Assembly: GCF_030684315.1 (NCBI RefSeq)
Contig: NC_081371.1
Coordinates: forward strand, 24,609,440-24,673,439
Reading direction: 5' to 3'
Source of the DNA: Stegostoma tigrinum
Taxonomy: Eukaryota
Length of the DNA: 64,000 bases
Of this stretch, positions 27,701-41,004 are shown in pieces. Within the stretch, counting starts at the first letter, position 1, and each line of letters begins with the position of its first letter. The notes beneath the pieces were generated by a model that was given only the letters and a program-made list of their open reading frames with translations, was not told where the DNA came from and made no database searches. The position numbers and the translations under genes were made by a program.

Positions 27701-30700
27701 ACAGGCACTGCTTGGATCCAATGGGTTTGGTCAGTTGGGCTGTAATCCGATGACTGCATGAAACGTCAACCAAGAACGAGAAGCGAAGGTTAAAATGCAC
27801 ATATAATTTTTTAAAAATGCGTTGACATTGTGTTGGAATGAAGTGCCTCCCAGCAACTTTTTTACTGAGGTAAATAAATGCTGCATTCATAAATCTACCT
27901 CTATCTATAATGACCATCAAGAAGAACTGACATACAAATCTTTTCAAGTCCTCATGACATCCTTATTGCCTTAGAGCCAATGAAGTTCCTTTGAAGTGTA
28001 ATTACTGTTATCCTGCAGGTAAATACCATAGGGATTTATGAGAATAGTTTCAGGAATGAAGAACTTCAGGTACTTGGATAGACTGAAAAGCATGAGGTTG
28101 CTTTCATTCAATAAGATTAAGGGGATTTGAAAGAGGTGTTCAAAATAATGAGGGGGTCTGGACTGAGTAGATAGAGAAAAACTGTTCCCAATGCTCAAAG
28201 GACTGAGAACTGGAAGGCAGAGATTTCAGGTGCCATTGATTTAATGTGTTTTGCTAAAGAACCACTGGTGATATTAGGAAAAATCTTCATGGAGCAAGTG
28301 GTTAGGATGTGGGAATGGATTGCCTGACAGAGTATATTGAAGAATTAATTACAGCTTTCAAAAGCACCTGAAGGGAAAATATTTACTGGACTACAGGGCA
28401 AGGGCAGGGGAGTGGTACGAGTTAACTTGCTTTAGCAGAGAGATGCATGGACATGACAGACTGAATTTTTTTATATTCATTCATGGGACATGAATGGCTA
28501 GCATTTATTGCCCATCTCTACTTGTGCTTGAGAAGGTGTTGATGAGCTGCCTTCTTAAAATTCTGCAGTCCACATGCTGTAGGTTGACCCACAATAGCCT
28601 TAGGGAGGGAATGACCTTCTTCAGTGATGCAGTCATTCATCTGTCACCTACATCTGTCATGAGGTATTCACACAAAGCCACATTGATAACAAATCTGGGA
28701 TATTCAAATTCCAGAAATATGGAGCATTAAGTTGATATAACAGGAACATGGACAGAGTAACCTCCTTTACCGATTACACTGAATTGGCTTTACAGGTATT
28801 ATTTGCTTCAAGTATATTAGATAATAATAAAATGTGATTTCTTTTTGCAGAGAGGCTGGAATTGGAAGGAACAGTCAAAATAATCCTGATTATAAAGTCA
28901 TCTTTGACCTATGTTTGGATGGGTAAGCATGGCTCATAGGAGTATATTAATTAATGGATGTTTCTTCAAGTATGGGGGTCAAGCACTTCTTTTCCTGTTC
29001 TACTGCATTGTAATTAGCCTCTACTCTGAATTTTTAATGTCTTTATGTTAAAATTAAAATTCAAAAGGAAGAAGCCGTTCAACTCTTCTCCACAAGATAA
29101 TGGAGAAAATCTCCAGATATAGATCTGCTATTATTATCCTACATGGTGAAATAATCATTTGCTTTCAACAACGCAGAATATAAGACAAAATAATAAAAAA
29201 AAACTGTGAAGTGACTATTTGGAATAACTCAATCAAAATATTGAGAATATCAGAATAATCTGATATTTATCCTGTTCTTGACTAGTAACCATAAACCTAC
29301 ACAAAGGTTTATTTCTTAGAAAATGTACAGAGAACACACCTTAACAACCTGATCCAAGGTCAAAAAGCGGTTGGCTTCAGCACGGATTGTCCAGTGTGAT
29401 ATCTTGCCATTATGAGATGTCTGACGTATGAACATATCATGCAGAGACAAGTTGTGCCGAATAGAGTTCTGGAAGAGGGACACACAAGCTAGCTATCATG
29501 ACAACAATGCTTGTTAACCTGAAATGCTCAATGGTAAATAGTTAAAAAAAAACAAAAATTTGCATTTATATAGGACCTACTACATAACAAAATGTCCCAA
29601 AGTGCTTCGTAGGGGCAAAAATAAAATCTGGCATGAAGAAAATGGTTTATAGAACTATTTTTTTAAAAAAAGTCTTCTCCTGAAATAGAATACATATTGT
29701 TTCCAGCACAACAAAAAATATGATAAGTTATAAAAAAAATCAACCAACATAATTCTTCCTCCAGCAACAGTCACAACATAATTACTTAGGGATGCTGTGG
29801 CCTTTGCAACTTGCATTTTAGTTGTTTTGGAATCAACCTAAAGCAGAAAAAAAGTGACAGTTTGTTTTATTTCAGTCAGGTGGTAAAGCACACATCAAGT
29901 GCTAACATTTTTGAGAACTAACCTGAGATAATCCCACATTTTCAGTTTTTAAATTTCAGATCTTACAGCATATTTATCTAATACCCTCAAAACTGAAATA
30001 TTTTGATTTCAAGCCCTTATTAAAGACAGCTTTAATAAATTTGTTAATTTACTTTCATATACGCAGAAAAATGAAGACTCCTAAATCAGTGTTGCATAAA
30101 TTGTATTGTTAGCAACACATCAGAGGAAAGCACAAAGCAGAGATCAGGCAAATATCTATTGGGAGCCCTTCACCTCAGTCAGATCAGATAAAAACACTAT
30201 TCTGTCATTCAGGATAAGGACATAAGGTTGGTGAATTAGCAAATTATTGCTATCACCATTGACCAGAAACAAAACTGGGGCAACCATATAAATGTTGGTG
30301 ATACAACAACAGGTCTGAAGCTGTGTATCCTAGAACAAATAACTCACCTCCTAACCCCCTAAAGCCTGTCCACCATCTGGAAGACACGTGTTAGCATGTA
30401 ACGGAATACTTTCCATTTGCCTGGATAAGCGCAGCCCCAACCATGTTCAAGAGGCTCAACAGTATCCTGGTCAAAGCAGCCCAGTTGACTGACACCCCAT
30501 CCACCACCTTAAAGATTTACTCCCTCCTAGAGTGGGAGTAATGTGAATCTGACCTAAATACTGCAGCAACTAACCAAGGCTGTTTAGACAGAACCTTCCA
30601 AACTTCCACTGCTCAAAAGAACAAACAAGAGCAGCAGATGCACAAGGACACCATTGCCTGCAAGCTTCCTCCTAGCCATAAACCATCCTGACTTGACACT

Positions 30701-33700
30701 ATCTTACAGTTACTTCATTATAGCTGGGTCAAAATCCTGGAACTCTCTCCCTAACAGTACTGTGAGTGTCCCTACACCAAATGAACTGCAACTACTCAAG
30801 AAGGTAACTCACCACCACCTTACTGTGGGTAATTAGAGATGTACAAAAAATGCTGGTTGAGCAGCAATGATCATATACCATAACAGTATACGGAAAAAAA
30901 ATAAGTCAGTAAAGCATGCCTTCTAATTAGGTTAACTAGAAACAATAAAATCAGAGGGCAACTTAATCACAGATTAGAATATGAGGCACACTAAGTAGAC
31001 TTACCATCATAATAAACATTCTCCACCCTATATATTATTTTTGGTTAAATGTACTGGTTAAGTTCAGGGTGCCTTGCTGGTGATTAAATTACATTTTCTT
31101 TGTAATATAACCATTTTGTCAGGAAAAATAGAAAAAGATTAAATGGTGGGAAACTATTAAATATTGATGTTTACACGTAAAATACAAAAGTAACATACAA
31201 GTACAGAAAGCAATTAAGAAAGAAATAGTTCATCAGCTTTTATTGCAAGAGTGCTGAAGTACAAAAGAAAGGGATTTTTATGCAAACTCAGTGACAAATT
31301 CAGGGAGCAGTGTACAGTTTTGCTTTCTGTACTCATGGAAGCCTGGTTTGGGGTGGGGGCTGCAGTAAAAGTTTACCATTAATTGAGTTCTTTGCCTTTG
31401 AAGAAAGATTGATCAAAACTCTCCAGAGTTTATTAAAAATGGAAACATGCCCGATTCTGAATGAGGGGCAGTCTCAAAATAGATTGTTCTGGAGAAATGT
31501 CTTCGTCCAGAATCCTTGCAATTCGCTACCATAGCAGTTTGTAAATGCTCAAATTGTTGATTTTAATAGACATGGGATCAGACGGTAAAGTTAGTTATGG
31601 TGGTTCTGAGGAAGGGTCACCAGATCCGAAATGCAAACTTTGTTTTCTCCTTCACAGATGCTGCCAGACCTGCTGTGCTTTTCCAGGAACTTTGTTTTTG
31701 TCCCTGATTTTTGTTCCACTGTTCTTTCGGTTTTTAGTTATGGCGATGGTCACTCATGAATTTTTACAATGCATTGCAGCACTGAGTGACCTTTTGATTT
31801 ACTCCTTCACCTGTTTCATAAATTTTTACTTTTCATATTTGTTTGCATGGCAGTAAATCCATCTGGACGTAGATATTCTCCAACTCCTTGGACAATGCAA
31901 TGCAATAGATTTAGGTTAGATTCGCTACAGTGTTGAAACAGGCCCTTCGGCCCAACAAGTCCACACTACCCTTGAAGCATCCCACCCAGACCCATCCCCC
32001 ATAACCCACACACCCCTGAACACTACGGGCAATTTAGCATGGCCAATCCACCAAGCCTACACATCTTTGGACTGTGGGAGGAAACCGGAGCACCCGGAGG
32101 AAACCCACGCAGTCATGGGGATAATGTGCAAACTCCGCACAGACAATTGTCTGAGGCTGGAATCAAACCGGGGTCCCTGGCGCTGTGAGGCTGCAGTGCT
32201 AACCACTGAGCCACCGTGCTGCCCCAAATATTCTCCAACTCCTTGGACAATGCATGCTCTTTGGTCTCAACCTCCCCAAAATGATGTTCTGTGCCCTCTG
32301 CCCTACACAGCTCAAATTAGGAACTGGTAATAGATTTTAAGAGTGAACTGGACTTCCTCTATCCTGTGATGCATATTAGTGTTGATCCAAAGTTCAGTGG
32401 CAACCTTTACATTGCTATCTATTTAGATATTTTCATATTACCTTCCAACCCGGTTTGGCAACATGCTTGAAGTAGGGGAAATGATCCTCAATCCAGGTGT
32501 AGATTTCCTTCAGAGTCATCCTCTTGCTCTGGGTACTGTTTATTGCAAACTGAATCATGGCCATATAGGAATACGGAGGCCTTTCATGAACAGATTCTGG
32601 CTACAATAAGGAGACGGTTCAAAGTAAACAAACGCAAAATACTGTGGAAAAGTATAAAGAAAAGCTGCTTTTTGAAATATATATACTAGTTGACATAGAT
32701 TCACACAAGGTCTTTTACACTACTGAATTCTAATGTTAGTCAGGCGAGTCCTAGGACAACTACAGTAAGGATTGATTCATAGCAGGTCTTCTTTTAGACT
32801 GCCCCACCATTTGAACTTGGATAGAGTAAGCCAGTTACATATAGGCAAAGTTAATTTTACTTTCCTTATTTTTAATTAAACCGAGCAAAAGTGGGTCCAA
32901 TCAAAACAAAGATAAACAGAACATTTGTAAAACCTTCTACACTAATTCCTCATCACTTCTTTCAAATGAATTATTCACCACATTCTATTCACCTCTCGAT
33001 TCCATAAACATTGATCCCAGCTTTAACATATCTGGCCCACTCACTCACAGCTTGATTGAGTACAACTGATTTAAGTTTTAACATGCTGCAAATTCTTCAT
33101 ATTACTCCAAGATTACCCTAAAAAAATGAACGGACTGTGGTTCTGCCATAGCTAATTGCCCTGCTTCTTTCCCCTGCCTCTAGTCTCCAATACCCTGTAC
33201 AAAGATTTCTGATTTCTTAGTTTATACAACTGAGTTGATTGGTACAGTTGCCTCTGGCATCAGCAAGTCCATTCCTTACCATCACATTTTCACTATACTC
33301 TAATCCCATCCCTCTCCTTTCCAAACTTACCTGTTCAATGATATTTGCCCCCTGCTCGCTTTATACTCTGACCACCCACTTTTTAAAATCTCAGTTACTG
33401 CTTCTAGCCCCACTGCCTCCTCTCCATACTTGTATGTAAACTAAATGAATGAAATGACAAATACATTGAGATGATACAGCTTTTGAAATGCCTCAGGATT
33501 GAATACAGACAGGCAAGAACAGCACTCACAGTGGCACTTTCTGGTGGAGGCTCTTGGTTTTCTTTCTCAGCTTCATCTTTTACACTGCAAGCCCCTAGGC
33601 TATCCGTGCTCATTTTACCCAGCCATTGAATGTTGGTCAGACTGTCGTTCAGGAGAAGGCGCTCAGGAACTGTAGGAGCTAAGAGAAGGAAAATAATGGC

Positions 33701-36700
33701 AGAGATTTTGCGTAGAAAGTAGAAATCTTGCCTGTAGTAGGTCAGCCACTGTAAATCACTTTGAAGCATCTTTCTTGAGGTCAGATTCTGCCATCATGGC
33801 CTATTATGCAGTGCCATAATTCACTGCATCTCAGTTACATATTAGGTTGCAATTCCCAAAGTTCAGTCAATCGTTTCACTTTAACCGGGACACTGACAGA
33901 AATTCACCATAAAAACATAGCTTCCTCCTTGATAATTCTGTAATTGAATCAGTTTGGGGTAATTTGTGTTTGACACCAGTGGAAGCTGTCGCGGAACTCA
34001 CAACTTCTTACGAGTACCAAAATATCTCAACAATACAGCTGTTTTCAAGGGAGTTCCTAGTAATGCATGACAGTTAAGGGCTACTGTATGACTGCATCAT
34101 CTTCCAAACTTTTTGACTATGGAATCATCCACATCTGTCAACATTCATTGGTTGCAGAGTTTTACACCTCACTGAATGTTATAAAGTGGCTATTGTAAAA
34201 AGTAAATGGTACCGAATGGGTTAATGTTGGAGACTGCAATAAATTGCACCTAATCTGGTGATGTCATATGGGCCTGGAACAGGAGGAGATAGACCAGCTA
34301 AGAATTTTGTAGAATGAAGCCACATTTCTTAGGCCACCTTGTAGTCTTTGTAACAATGTCTAATAAATTAATGTAACTTATCATGCAACATACTACATCT
34401 TGATTAAGTGAAGAGCCTCTTTTTGTTAAGAGGCATTCAAGGTGTCCTAGTTTAACCTTGACCCATTTACCATTAGTTCCCCTGAATGGAAGTTATTGGG
34501 GCCTGTAATCCCATTGACTGGCACAAGATGTAGTTAAACATTGTTTACCTGACACAATTTGTGCCATTTTGGCACGGTCTTTCTCACTCTGACTTGAAGC
34601 TTCTCTAAGTGCCACACTTCTAACTGAGGTCTGCATCAAGTTGCCTTCATTCATCAGGTCCAGACTGCCTGCATGAATTGTCAGTCGTTCTGGTAAAGTT
34701 GTTCCGTTGCTGATAGCATCTATTTCAGAGACCACCTGATTTCCTGTATTTCTATAATAAATGCGTGTAATCCCTTGGATCCAGTCAAGGAAAGATGATG
34801 GTGGTAACAAATACCTCAACATTAAGCTGGTAATGTTTAGCTTTGGAGCACATTATTGGCATTATTGCTTATACCGCAAGGCAATGATGGTTACAAACTG
34901 CCTACAGACAAACTTGCGGCAACAACAACAAGTGAGAAACAGCACTCAATGGCATTTTTCTTCAAACTTGCTAACAAAAGTGCAGAAGAAAGTGTGAAAC
35001 AGAAGCTAGTTATATCTGTCAATTACAGATTCATTAGGGAATCAAAGATCTGTCAGAGCAGTCTCAATTCGAAGTGAAGCTAGAAAGCAAATGAATTGGA
35101 GCTCCACAAGTAAAGTTAAAAATCAATGTTGGGCCAGAGCAAAAACTTCAAATTAACATCATTGAACAGACTGAGAAGGCTTGAGCTTAAAAAAAATATT
35201 TCCAGCTCACACTAAGCTATCACTACAAGCAGACACCATAAGGCATAACTACAGTAAGGAAACTAAGGGCCACAGAAATAATTTAAACAGACATTGCAGC
35301 ACCAATAATGTCACGAAGCTAGAATTAACACAAAAAAGGAGAATTTAAAAGCGTAAAGTGACTGAGTTTAACAGAGGTAGTACAAAGACTAATGAGGCCA
35401 CAGGAATGAGAACGGGACATCCACAATTTCAGGTGTGAAGAATTTATGAAGACTTCAGGCACCTATTTTAGTTGGGTAAGTTGTGCCAAGGTATGGGCAA
35501 TTTCTTTTGGCCATGAAAGTTTGGAAATCACCCACTGCATCTGTGAAAAATTAGAAAACCTCTACTGTGCCCTGAGAAGACTGGTAAACCACCAGTTAGT
35601 ACAGAGATTATATTGCAAGGTTTAAAAGGAAAATGGAGCAAGATTACTATGTTGAAGTATTAACAACCTACTTGGGAAAGAGATTAAAATAACATTGATG
35701 CTGCAATATTACAAGCCTTTAAATTTAAGAAGTAAGGTAGCATTGCAATACTTTAAAGCTTTTTAACTCTGCAGTAAGAATAAGTAACATGAGAAATAAC
35801 ATTGTATGGCAAATTTAAATTCAGTGATCAACTAAATAGAACACAGGATTGGACATCTTGGAGAAAACCGCTATTAAGATACTGATTTGCTTCCAGGTTA
35901 GTCATTATCATAGAATTCCTACAGTGTGGAAGCAGGCCATTCAGCCCATTAGGTCCAGACTAATGCTCTGAAGAGCAAGACACCCAAGTCCATATATCGC
36001 TCCCTATCTCTGTAACTCTATATTTCCCATAGCTAATCCATCTATCCTGCACATCCCTGAACACTGTGGGAAATTTAGTACGGCCAATCCACCTAAACTG
36101 CACATCTTTGGATTATGGGAGGAAACCAGAGCACCCGGAGCAAGCCAACGCAGACACGGGGAGAATGTGCCAACTACACGCAGACAGTTGCTTGAGGCTG
36201 GAATCAAACTCAATTCCCTGTGATTCATTGTGTGATTTAATGAATCGCAAATTGAACAAGTAAACACTATATGGTATTCAATAAGACCTGCAATTGATGA
36301 CATTATAACTCATCAAGACATAAAAGAAAGTACAGATAACTTAAAGATGATCTATAACCTTTTCATGTTTTAATTGGAGAACAAACAAAACACTTGGAAA
36401 AGAACAGTTCAGATCAGCAATGTCCTGTACTTGCATATTTGGCATTACAGTCCACCCTGAATTTTAAGAGAGATTTTGAAGCTTCAAGGGTCCACTTACA
36501 AATGTTAAACCCACCTGTTTGGACATGTTATGACACACCTTTGTCCACTATCACATCCTAAATTGGAACTTGAACGCAGACTTTCTGATCCAGAGTTAGG
36601 GGTATCACTCCTGAGCTACAAATTCCGCTATGCTGATACCAATGGTACCTTATAACAAATTCTAAATGTTTAACACCTCTATCTGATCTCTCCTTTATGA

Positions 36701-38602
36701 AACCCATAAATCTGTGAGCTGGGTACTTGAATGGGAATAGTGACAGTCAGTGGGGCTGTTGCTTTGTGGTTTGTTGATAGGAAGGGAAGGAAAGAGAGAG
36801 GATGGTTGAGCTATTGACTGTCTCCTTCATAAGATGTTAAATATTGTGGAACTTTTTGTATCCTGCCAAAAAGGCTTATTTGTTACTTTGGAGAAAACAA
36901 CAGTATCCCAGTTGTCTCCAATGACGAAACTGATGAGTGTTAGATTTCTACTGAAAACAGGTATATGCCTCAAATTCAATAAACACTGAAAAAATTTTAA
37001 CACCAAACAAAGAGTCCAAAGAAGTTATAGTTTCTGCTTTGGTTTGCTTGAGGATTGGGGCTTGTGAGTTTGAGCACAGCCACATGTTTTCCCACCACAA
37101 CAGAGGACTCAGAATTCCTACAGTGTGGAAGCAGGCCATCCAGCTCATTTAGTCCACACCAACCCTCCTAACAGCATCCCACCCGGATGCAAGCCCTACC
37201 CTATTCCTGTAAGTTTACATCTCCCTTGGCTAATCGACTTAACCTCCACGTCCCTGGACACTATGGGCAATTTAGCATGGCCAATTCATCTAACTTGCAT
37301 ATCTTTGGATTGTGGGAGGGAACTGGATCACCCAGAGGAAACCCACACAGATACAAGAGAAAGTGCAAACTCCACACAGATGGTGGATTGGAACTGTGAG
37401 GAGGTAGTGCCAGCCACCAAGCCGTCCTAGAACCTCCACAGACAAACCTGCCTTGCACTTAGAAAAATCAGTTTGACAATTTAAACACATTCAAGAATAT
37501 AAGAAAGCAGTTATAAAGTGTAAACTGAAATTATTGACTACAGCTTAATTATGTGGATCATTTAAGAATACTAGCAAGAAAATGCTAAGTATCAATCCAT
37601 CTTCTGAGAAGAAATCATCTGTAAATTATTCATACAAACAGACTGCAAGAGCATGTAATTTTTGTCCTCTTTTGTCATCAGTAGCTGTTCTCAAACTGTC
37701 ATGATTATTCAATAATTATTTGAGCACATCAATACTGTGATGTAATTTGTAATACATAATCTAATTGTCTGGAAGTTACATGCACAGCTAGTAATTCCTT
37801 CATAGAGTAGAAAGGAAAAGAAAAATTATAAAATACCTCAAGACTAAAAACAAAACCATCTTAAAGAGAGCTCAACACAAAATGCTTTCTGTAAGGTATT
37901 TCATCTGAGGAAGATTGTTACTGAATAGTGTTTTGTTTAATGTTCCAACTTCTTTACAGGGGACCATTTCTTACCTGTACCAGCCTCTTGGTCATACAGA
38001 GATGAAGGAAATGATGTTTGAGGGACTTGAACTGGGAGATCATCCTCCTTTTTGATGCTGATATTACTTATGAAATCTGGTATGGCCACCTTGCCGCTTG
38101 AGTTAGCAACTGTTAAGCATGGATCCTCCTGTAATTCCATGAACTTTTTTCTCCTTTCCAGAAGTGGTGTACAAGGATCATTACTTCCCAAGGACTGGCT
38201 CTGGCGGGAGGAGGAAGGTGCATTACCACTCAAAAGAATAAATTTCTTGGGCCCATTGGAGCCACTCTCTTTCCCCTTTGCTGTGAGTGCTGCTATGATG
38301 CTTTGAAGATCTGCATTTTTAGGAATTAACACAACCTGAGTGTTGGGCAGTGAAGGATGGTTTACAATCCGAATCCTCTCAGGATACTTTTGAGTCTCAA
38401 TGGCTGTGTGTTTCCGAGAGTTTCCCAGGTCATCCTTTGTTGAACAAGTGCTCTCTGTGTCAAAATCTCTAGTCTCGGGTTTGTGTTTACTCCCATCATT
38501 CTTGTCTTCAGGAGGATTCTCCCTTATATCCACTGGATTATTGAATGTGAGGGGACGTTTCCTCCTTTTCAGAATCAGAGGCCTTCTTGGACTGGCCTTC
38601 AT
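20867..38602 (-). CDS. FOXM1: Forkhead box protein M1, spliced CDS join(38602-37975,33678-33530,32600-32442,29468-29340,26822-26765,25956-25757,21730-20867), 2187 nt, ~728 aa
   Basis: Seven exons with GT-AG boundaries and compatible phases (1,0,0,0,1,0). N-terminus [15 protein letters not shown], forkhead domain and C-terminal transactivation motif are all FOXM1-typical. Confidence 0.96.
23392..23712 (+). mobile_element. tRNA-derived SINE
   Basis: ggtggctcagtggttagcactgctgcctcacag...ggttcaattcc; tail ggattctatgatt. Confidence 0.85.
24260..25690 (-). mobile_element. CR1 LINE ORF2 relic (endonuclease to RT start) in the last FOXM1 intron
   Basis: YLNAHSI..IAITE; [18 protein letters not shown]; [33 protein letters not shown]. 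Confidence 0.8.
25757..25956 (-). CDS. FOXM1: FOXM1 coding exon 6
   Basis: [30 protein letters not shown]...[16 protein letters not shown]; 200 nt, donor AAG|gtaatt. Confidence 0.95.
26765..26822 (-). CDS. FOXM1: FOXM1 coding exon 5 (58 nt)
   Basis: ttttag|[19 protein letters not shown]|gtacgt, resembling mammalian QQKRPNPEL; phases match both neighbours. Confidence 0.85.
28020..28470 (+). mobile_element. CR1 LINE 3' relic
   Basis: ggggatttgaaagaggtgttcaaaataatgaggggtctggactgagtagatagagaaaaactgttccca, CR1 C-terminal coding remnant. Confidence 0.6.
29340..29468 (-). CDS. FOXM1: FOXM1 coding exon 4 (forkhead recognition helix)
   Basis: Manual translation [43 protein letters not shown]; 129 nt. 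Confidence 0.96.
30230..30880 (+). mobile_element. LINE 3' relic, same family as 11740-12400 in opposite orientation
   Basis: aactcacctcct..ccatttgcctggat..gggtcaaaatcctggaactc..ctcaccaccacct. Confidence 0.65.
31604..31712 (+). mobile_element. Solo PLE-derived short repeat, second HHR family
   Basis: ttctgaggaagggtcaccagatccgaaat...cagatgctgccagacctgctg. Confidence 0.65.
31905..32225 (-). mobile_element. tRNA-derived SINE with 27-bp TSD
   Basis: Same family as 39862; atattctccaactccttggacaatgca at 31873-31899 and 32228-32254. Confidence 0.88.
32442..32600 (-). CDS. FOXM1: FOXM1 coding exon 3 (forkhead domain, first half)
   Basis: Manual translation [53 protein letters not shown]; 159 nt, AG/GT flanked. 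Confidence 0.96.
33530..33678 (-). CDS. FOXM1: FOXM1 coding exon 2
   Basis: [15 protein letters not shown]...EKENQ (KEN box). Boundaries ttag| and |gtgagt; 149 nt. Confidence 0.93.
35907..36222 (-). mobile_element. tRNA-derived SINE, 5' truncated
   Basis: Homology by eye to the 39862 copy. Confidence 0.8.
37110..37426 (-). mobile_element. tRNA-derived SINE, diverged
   Basis: Homology by eye to the 39862 copy. Confidence 0.75.
37975..38602 (-). CDS. FOXM1: FOXM1 coding exon 1 (N-terminal repressor domain)
   Basis: [15 protein letters not shown]...[49 protein letters not shown]. Acceptor gttgcag| at 38643, donor CAG|gtaaga at 37975. Confidence 0.95.
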
Positions 38603-38784
38603 TATTGTGAGAGGAGCTTCTTCAGTAATACACCACACAGTGCCTGCAACAGTAGAATTTAATTAGAAATTCTCCACATAGCCAAAAATAAAATTAACAA
38701 ACAAATAACAGATTCAAATGTCAACTGTTAAATTCACCAGTTATGGGTTAGCTTTGTTTTGAATGACAATGACTTGCCAGTCTT

Positions 38785-39132
38785 GGGCTGTCGCGGTGGC
38801 TCAGTGGTCAGCACTGTGGCCTCACAGTGCCAAGGAACTGGGTTCAATTCAACCCTTGCATGACTGTGTAAACTCCATACAGATATGCATGGGTTTCTTC
38901 CAGGTGCTCCCGGTTTTCCAACCCACAGTCCAAAGATGCAGAGATTAGGTGGACCCATTATGTTAAATTGCCCATAGTGTTCAGGAATGTGCAGGCTAGG
39001 TGGGATTAGCCATGGGAAATGCAGGGTTACCAGGATAGGGTAGGGAGATAGGCCTGGTTGGCAGTGTCTTCAGAGTGTCTGTGATGACTTGATTAGCTGA
39101 ACGGCCTGCTTCCATACAGTAGGGATTCTATG
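38785..39132 (+). mobile_element. tRNA-derived SINE
   Basis: gcggtggctcagtggtcagcactg, gggttcaattc, tail gtagggattctatg. Confidence 0.82.
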
Positions 39133-39861
39133 CGATGTAATATTTTGATAAAACAATTTGCTTTTTCTATGTAACTAACTGATGTGTAAAGTGAGAAAAC
39201 AGATTCTTGCACCAATTTAGTGCTGGTCAGAATTCAGATGAGCATTATCAATGTTATCAAATTATACCAGAGAAATTGAAAAACAAGAACCCGTGACATC
39301 CAAATTGTTTGTACCAACTAAGCGTTCTCTTCAGTCCCAATTCTTATCTGCACTTCCATTTAGAATATTAAAATAACAATAATATTAATCTTAATCTGCA
39401 CAGATCATCACTGGTGACAAGACTCCAAGTACTCTCAACTTCTTGCACAGGGATTTCAATTTTCAACTGAGCATCACAATCAACATAAATTTCAGAAGAT
39501 TCATCCTTATAGTGAAATGTCTTATGCATTACCCAACCACTTTCTGATTGTCCCAACACATATCGACTTGGTTTTCCATAGCATTTGTCCCAGATGCAAG
39601 ATCTTTTGGAAAGTCATATTGTGTCATAAAAATGGCCTCTATCTAAGTAGTTATATAGTACATTCCCCATAACTCTTGTGCATCTTTCCTTTTACTGATT
39701 TGAAGCTAAGAGGCCTATAGTTTTTTTTCCTTTTTTTTTAAATATTGCAAGAATGTTAATTTCAAATCCCCAATTCTTACAAACAATTAAAGATTTGGGC
39801 CATCTGCTGATGCATTGTTCTATTAATTAAGTGGATAAATAAAAAAGTGAGCTGAAAAATT

Positions 39862-40185
39862 TGGGGCAGCATGGTGGCACAGTGGTTAGCACTGCAGCCT
39901 CACAGCACCAGGGACCCGGGTTCGATTCCAACCTCGGGCAACTGTCTGTGCGGAGTTTGCACATTCTCCCCGTGTCTGCGTGGGTTTCCTCCGGGTGCTC
40001 CGGTTTCCTCCCACAGTCCAAAGATGTGCAGGCTAGGTGGATCGATCATGCTAAATTGCCCGTAGTGTTCAGGGGTGTGTAGGTTATAGGGGGATGGGTT
40101 GGGGTGGGGTGCTTCAAGGGGCAGTGTGGACTTGTTGGGCCGAAGGGCCTGTTTCCACACTGTAGGGAATCTAAAGAATCTAAAA
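39862..40185 (+). mobile_element. tRNA-derived SINE (V-SINE/HE1-like), well preserved
   Basis: A box TGGCACAGTGG, B box GGTTCGATTCC, central ggagtttgcacattctccccgtgtctgcgtgggtttcctccggg domain, LINE-like tail ctgtagggaatcta. Confidence 0.88.
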
Positions 40186-41004
40186 AAAAAAATGAAAGGA
40201 TAAATAGAAAGTAATGATTTTATGGAAAACATTTGTTAGGCTACAATTAGAAAAGCTGTATGCAATGTTTGGGTGCTCATTATAGAACAAAAATATACAA
40301 TTCGGAATATTTCCAATGGTTAGGAAATAATTGTTGTAAGTGAAAAAAAACGAGTTGCTAGAACTAGTTCAGTTTGAGATGAATGAATGAATGTTTAATA
40401 AATTTATTTCCTTGTAAATCGAGAATGCTGAATGGATAGATATACTGAGGGATATGAAACCAGTAGAGATCAATTAAGACACAAGACTTAATGTCCTGAA
40501 GATTATATGTCCTTCAAAGGGACGGTAAGAGGTCTTCGTGGCTTGTTTACCCAGTATCTTCAGCAAAAGAACTGCATAAATGTCCTCTCCGGGACGAAGG
40601 TACCATCAATCTAATTGACAAACTGAAAGTACGAGTGTACAATGAGAAAGCGACGTGATGTTAACTGCAGCTTTGGAGTTAAGGTCAAGTATATTCTCCA
40701 GTGTTTCCTCATGACCGATCTTCCACTGTAATTATAAACATTGGATGTACCATAAGATGACTCTTTTAGTAATGGGCATCTGGTCACATTGCCAAGGCGA
40801 CAGACAGCGTTGGCTGGCGACGAACAAACGGCCGGATGGGGTGAGCTCTCAGCTGACACTCGACTCTGGAACCCGAGGCCGTTGTTACAGTTTATTTCAC
40901 CATGAAGCTAATGCGAATGACCGGGAAGGGATCAGGTACTGATCGGTTTTTGGGATATACTGTACCCCACCCCGGGTCCACCGTCCCTGCTCCCATTCAC
41001 TCAC

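Noticed and set aside
36920-36960. Isolated ctgatgag...gaaa hammerhead-like string
   Set aside because: No convincing stem II/III or cleavage triplet and no PLE context; likely chance.
39862-39935. tRNA gene
   Set aside because: A/B boxes continue into a SINE body present in many copies; not a standalone tRNA.
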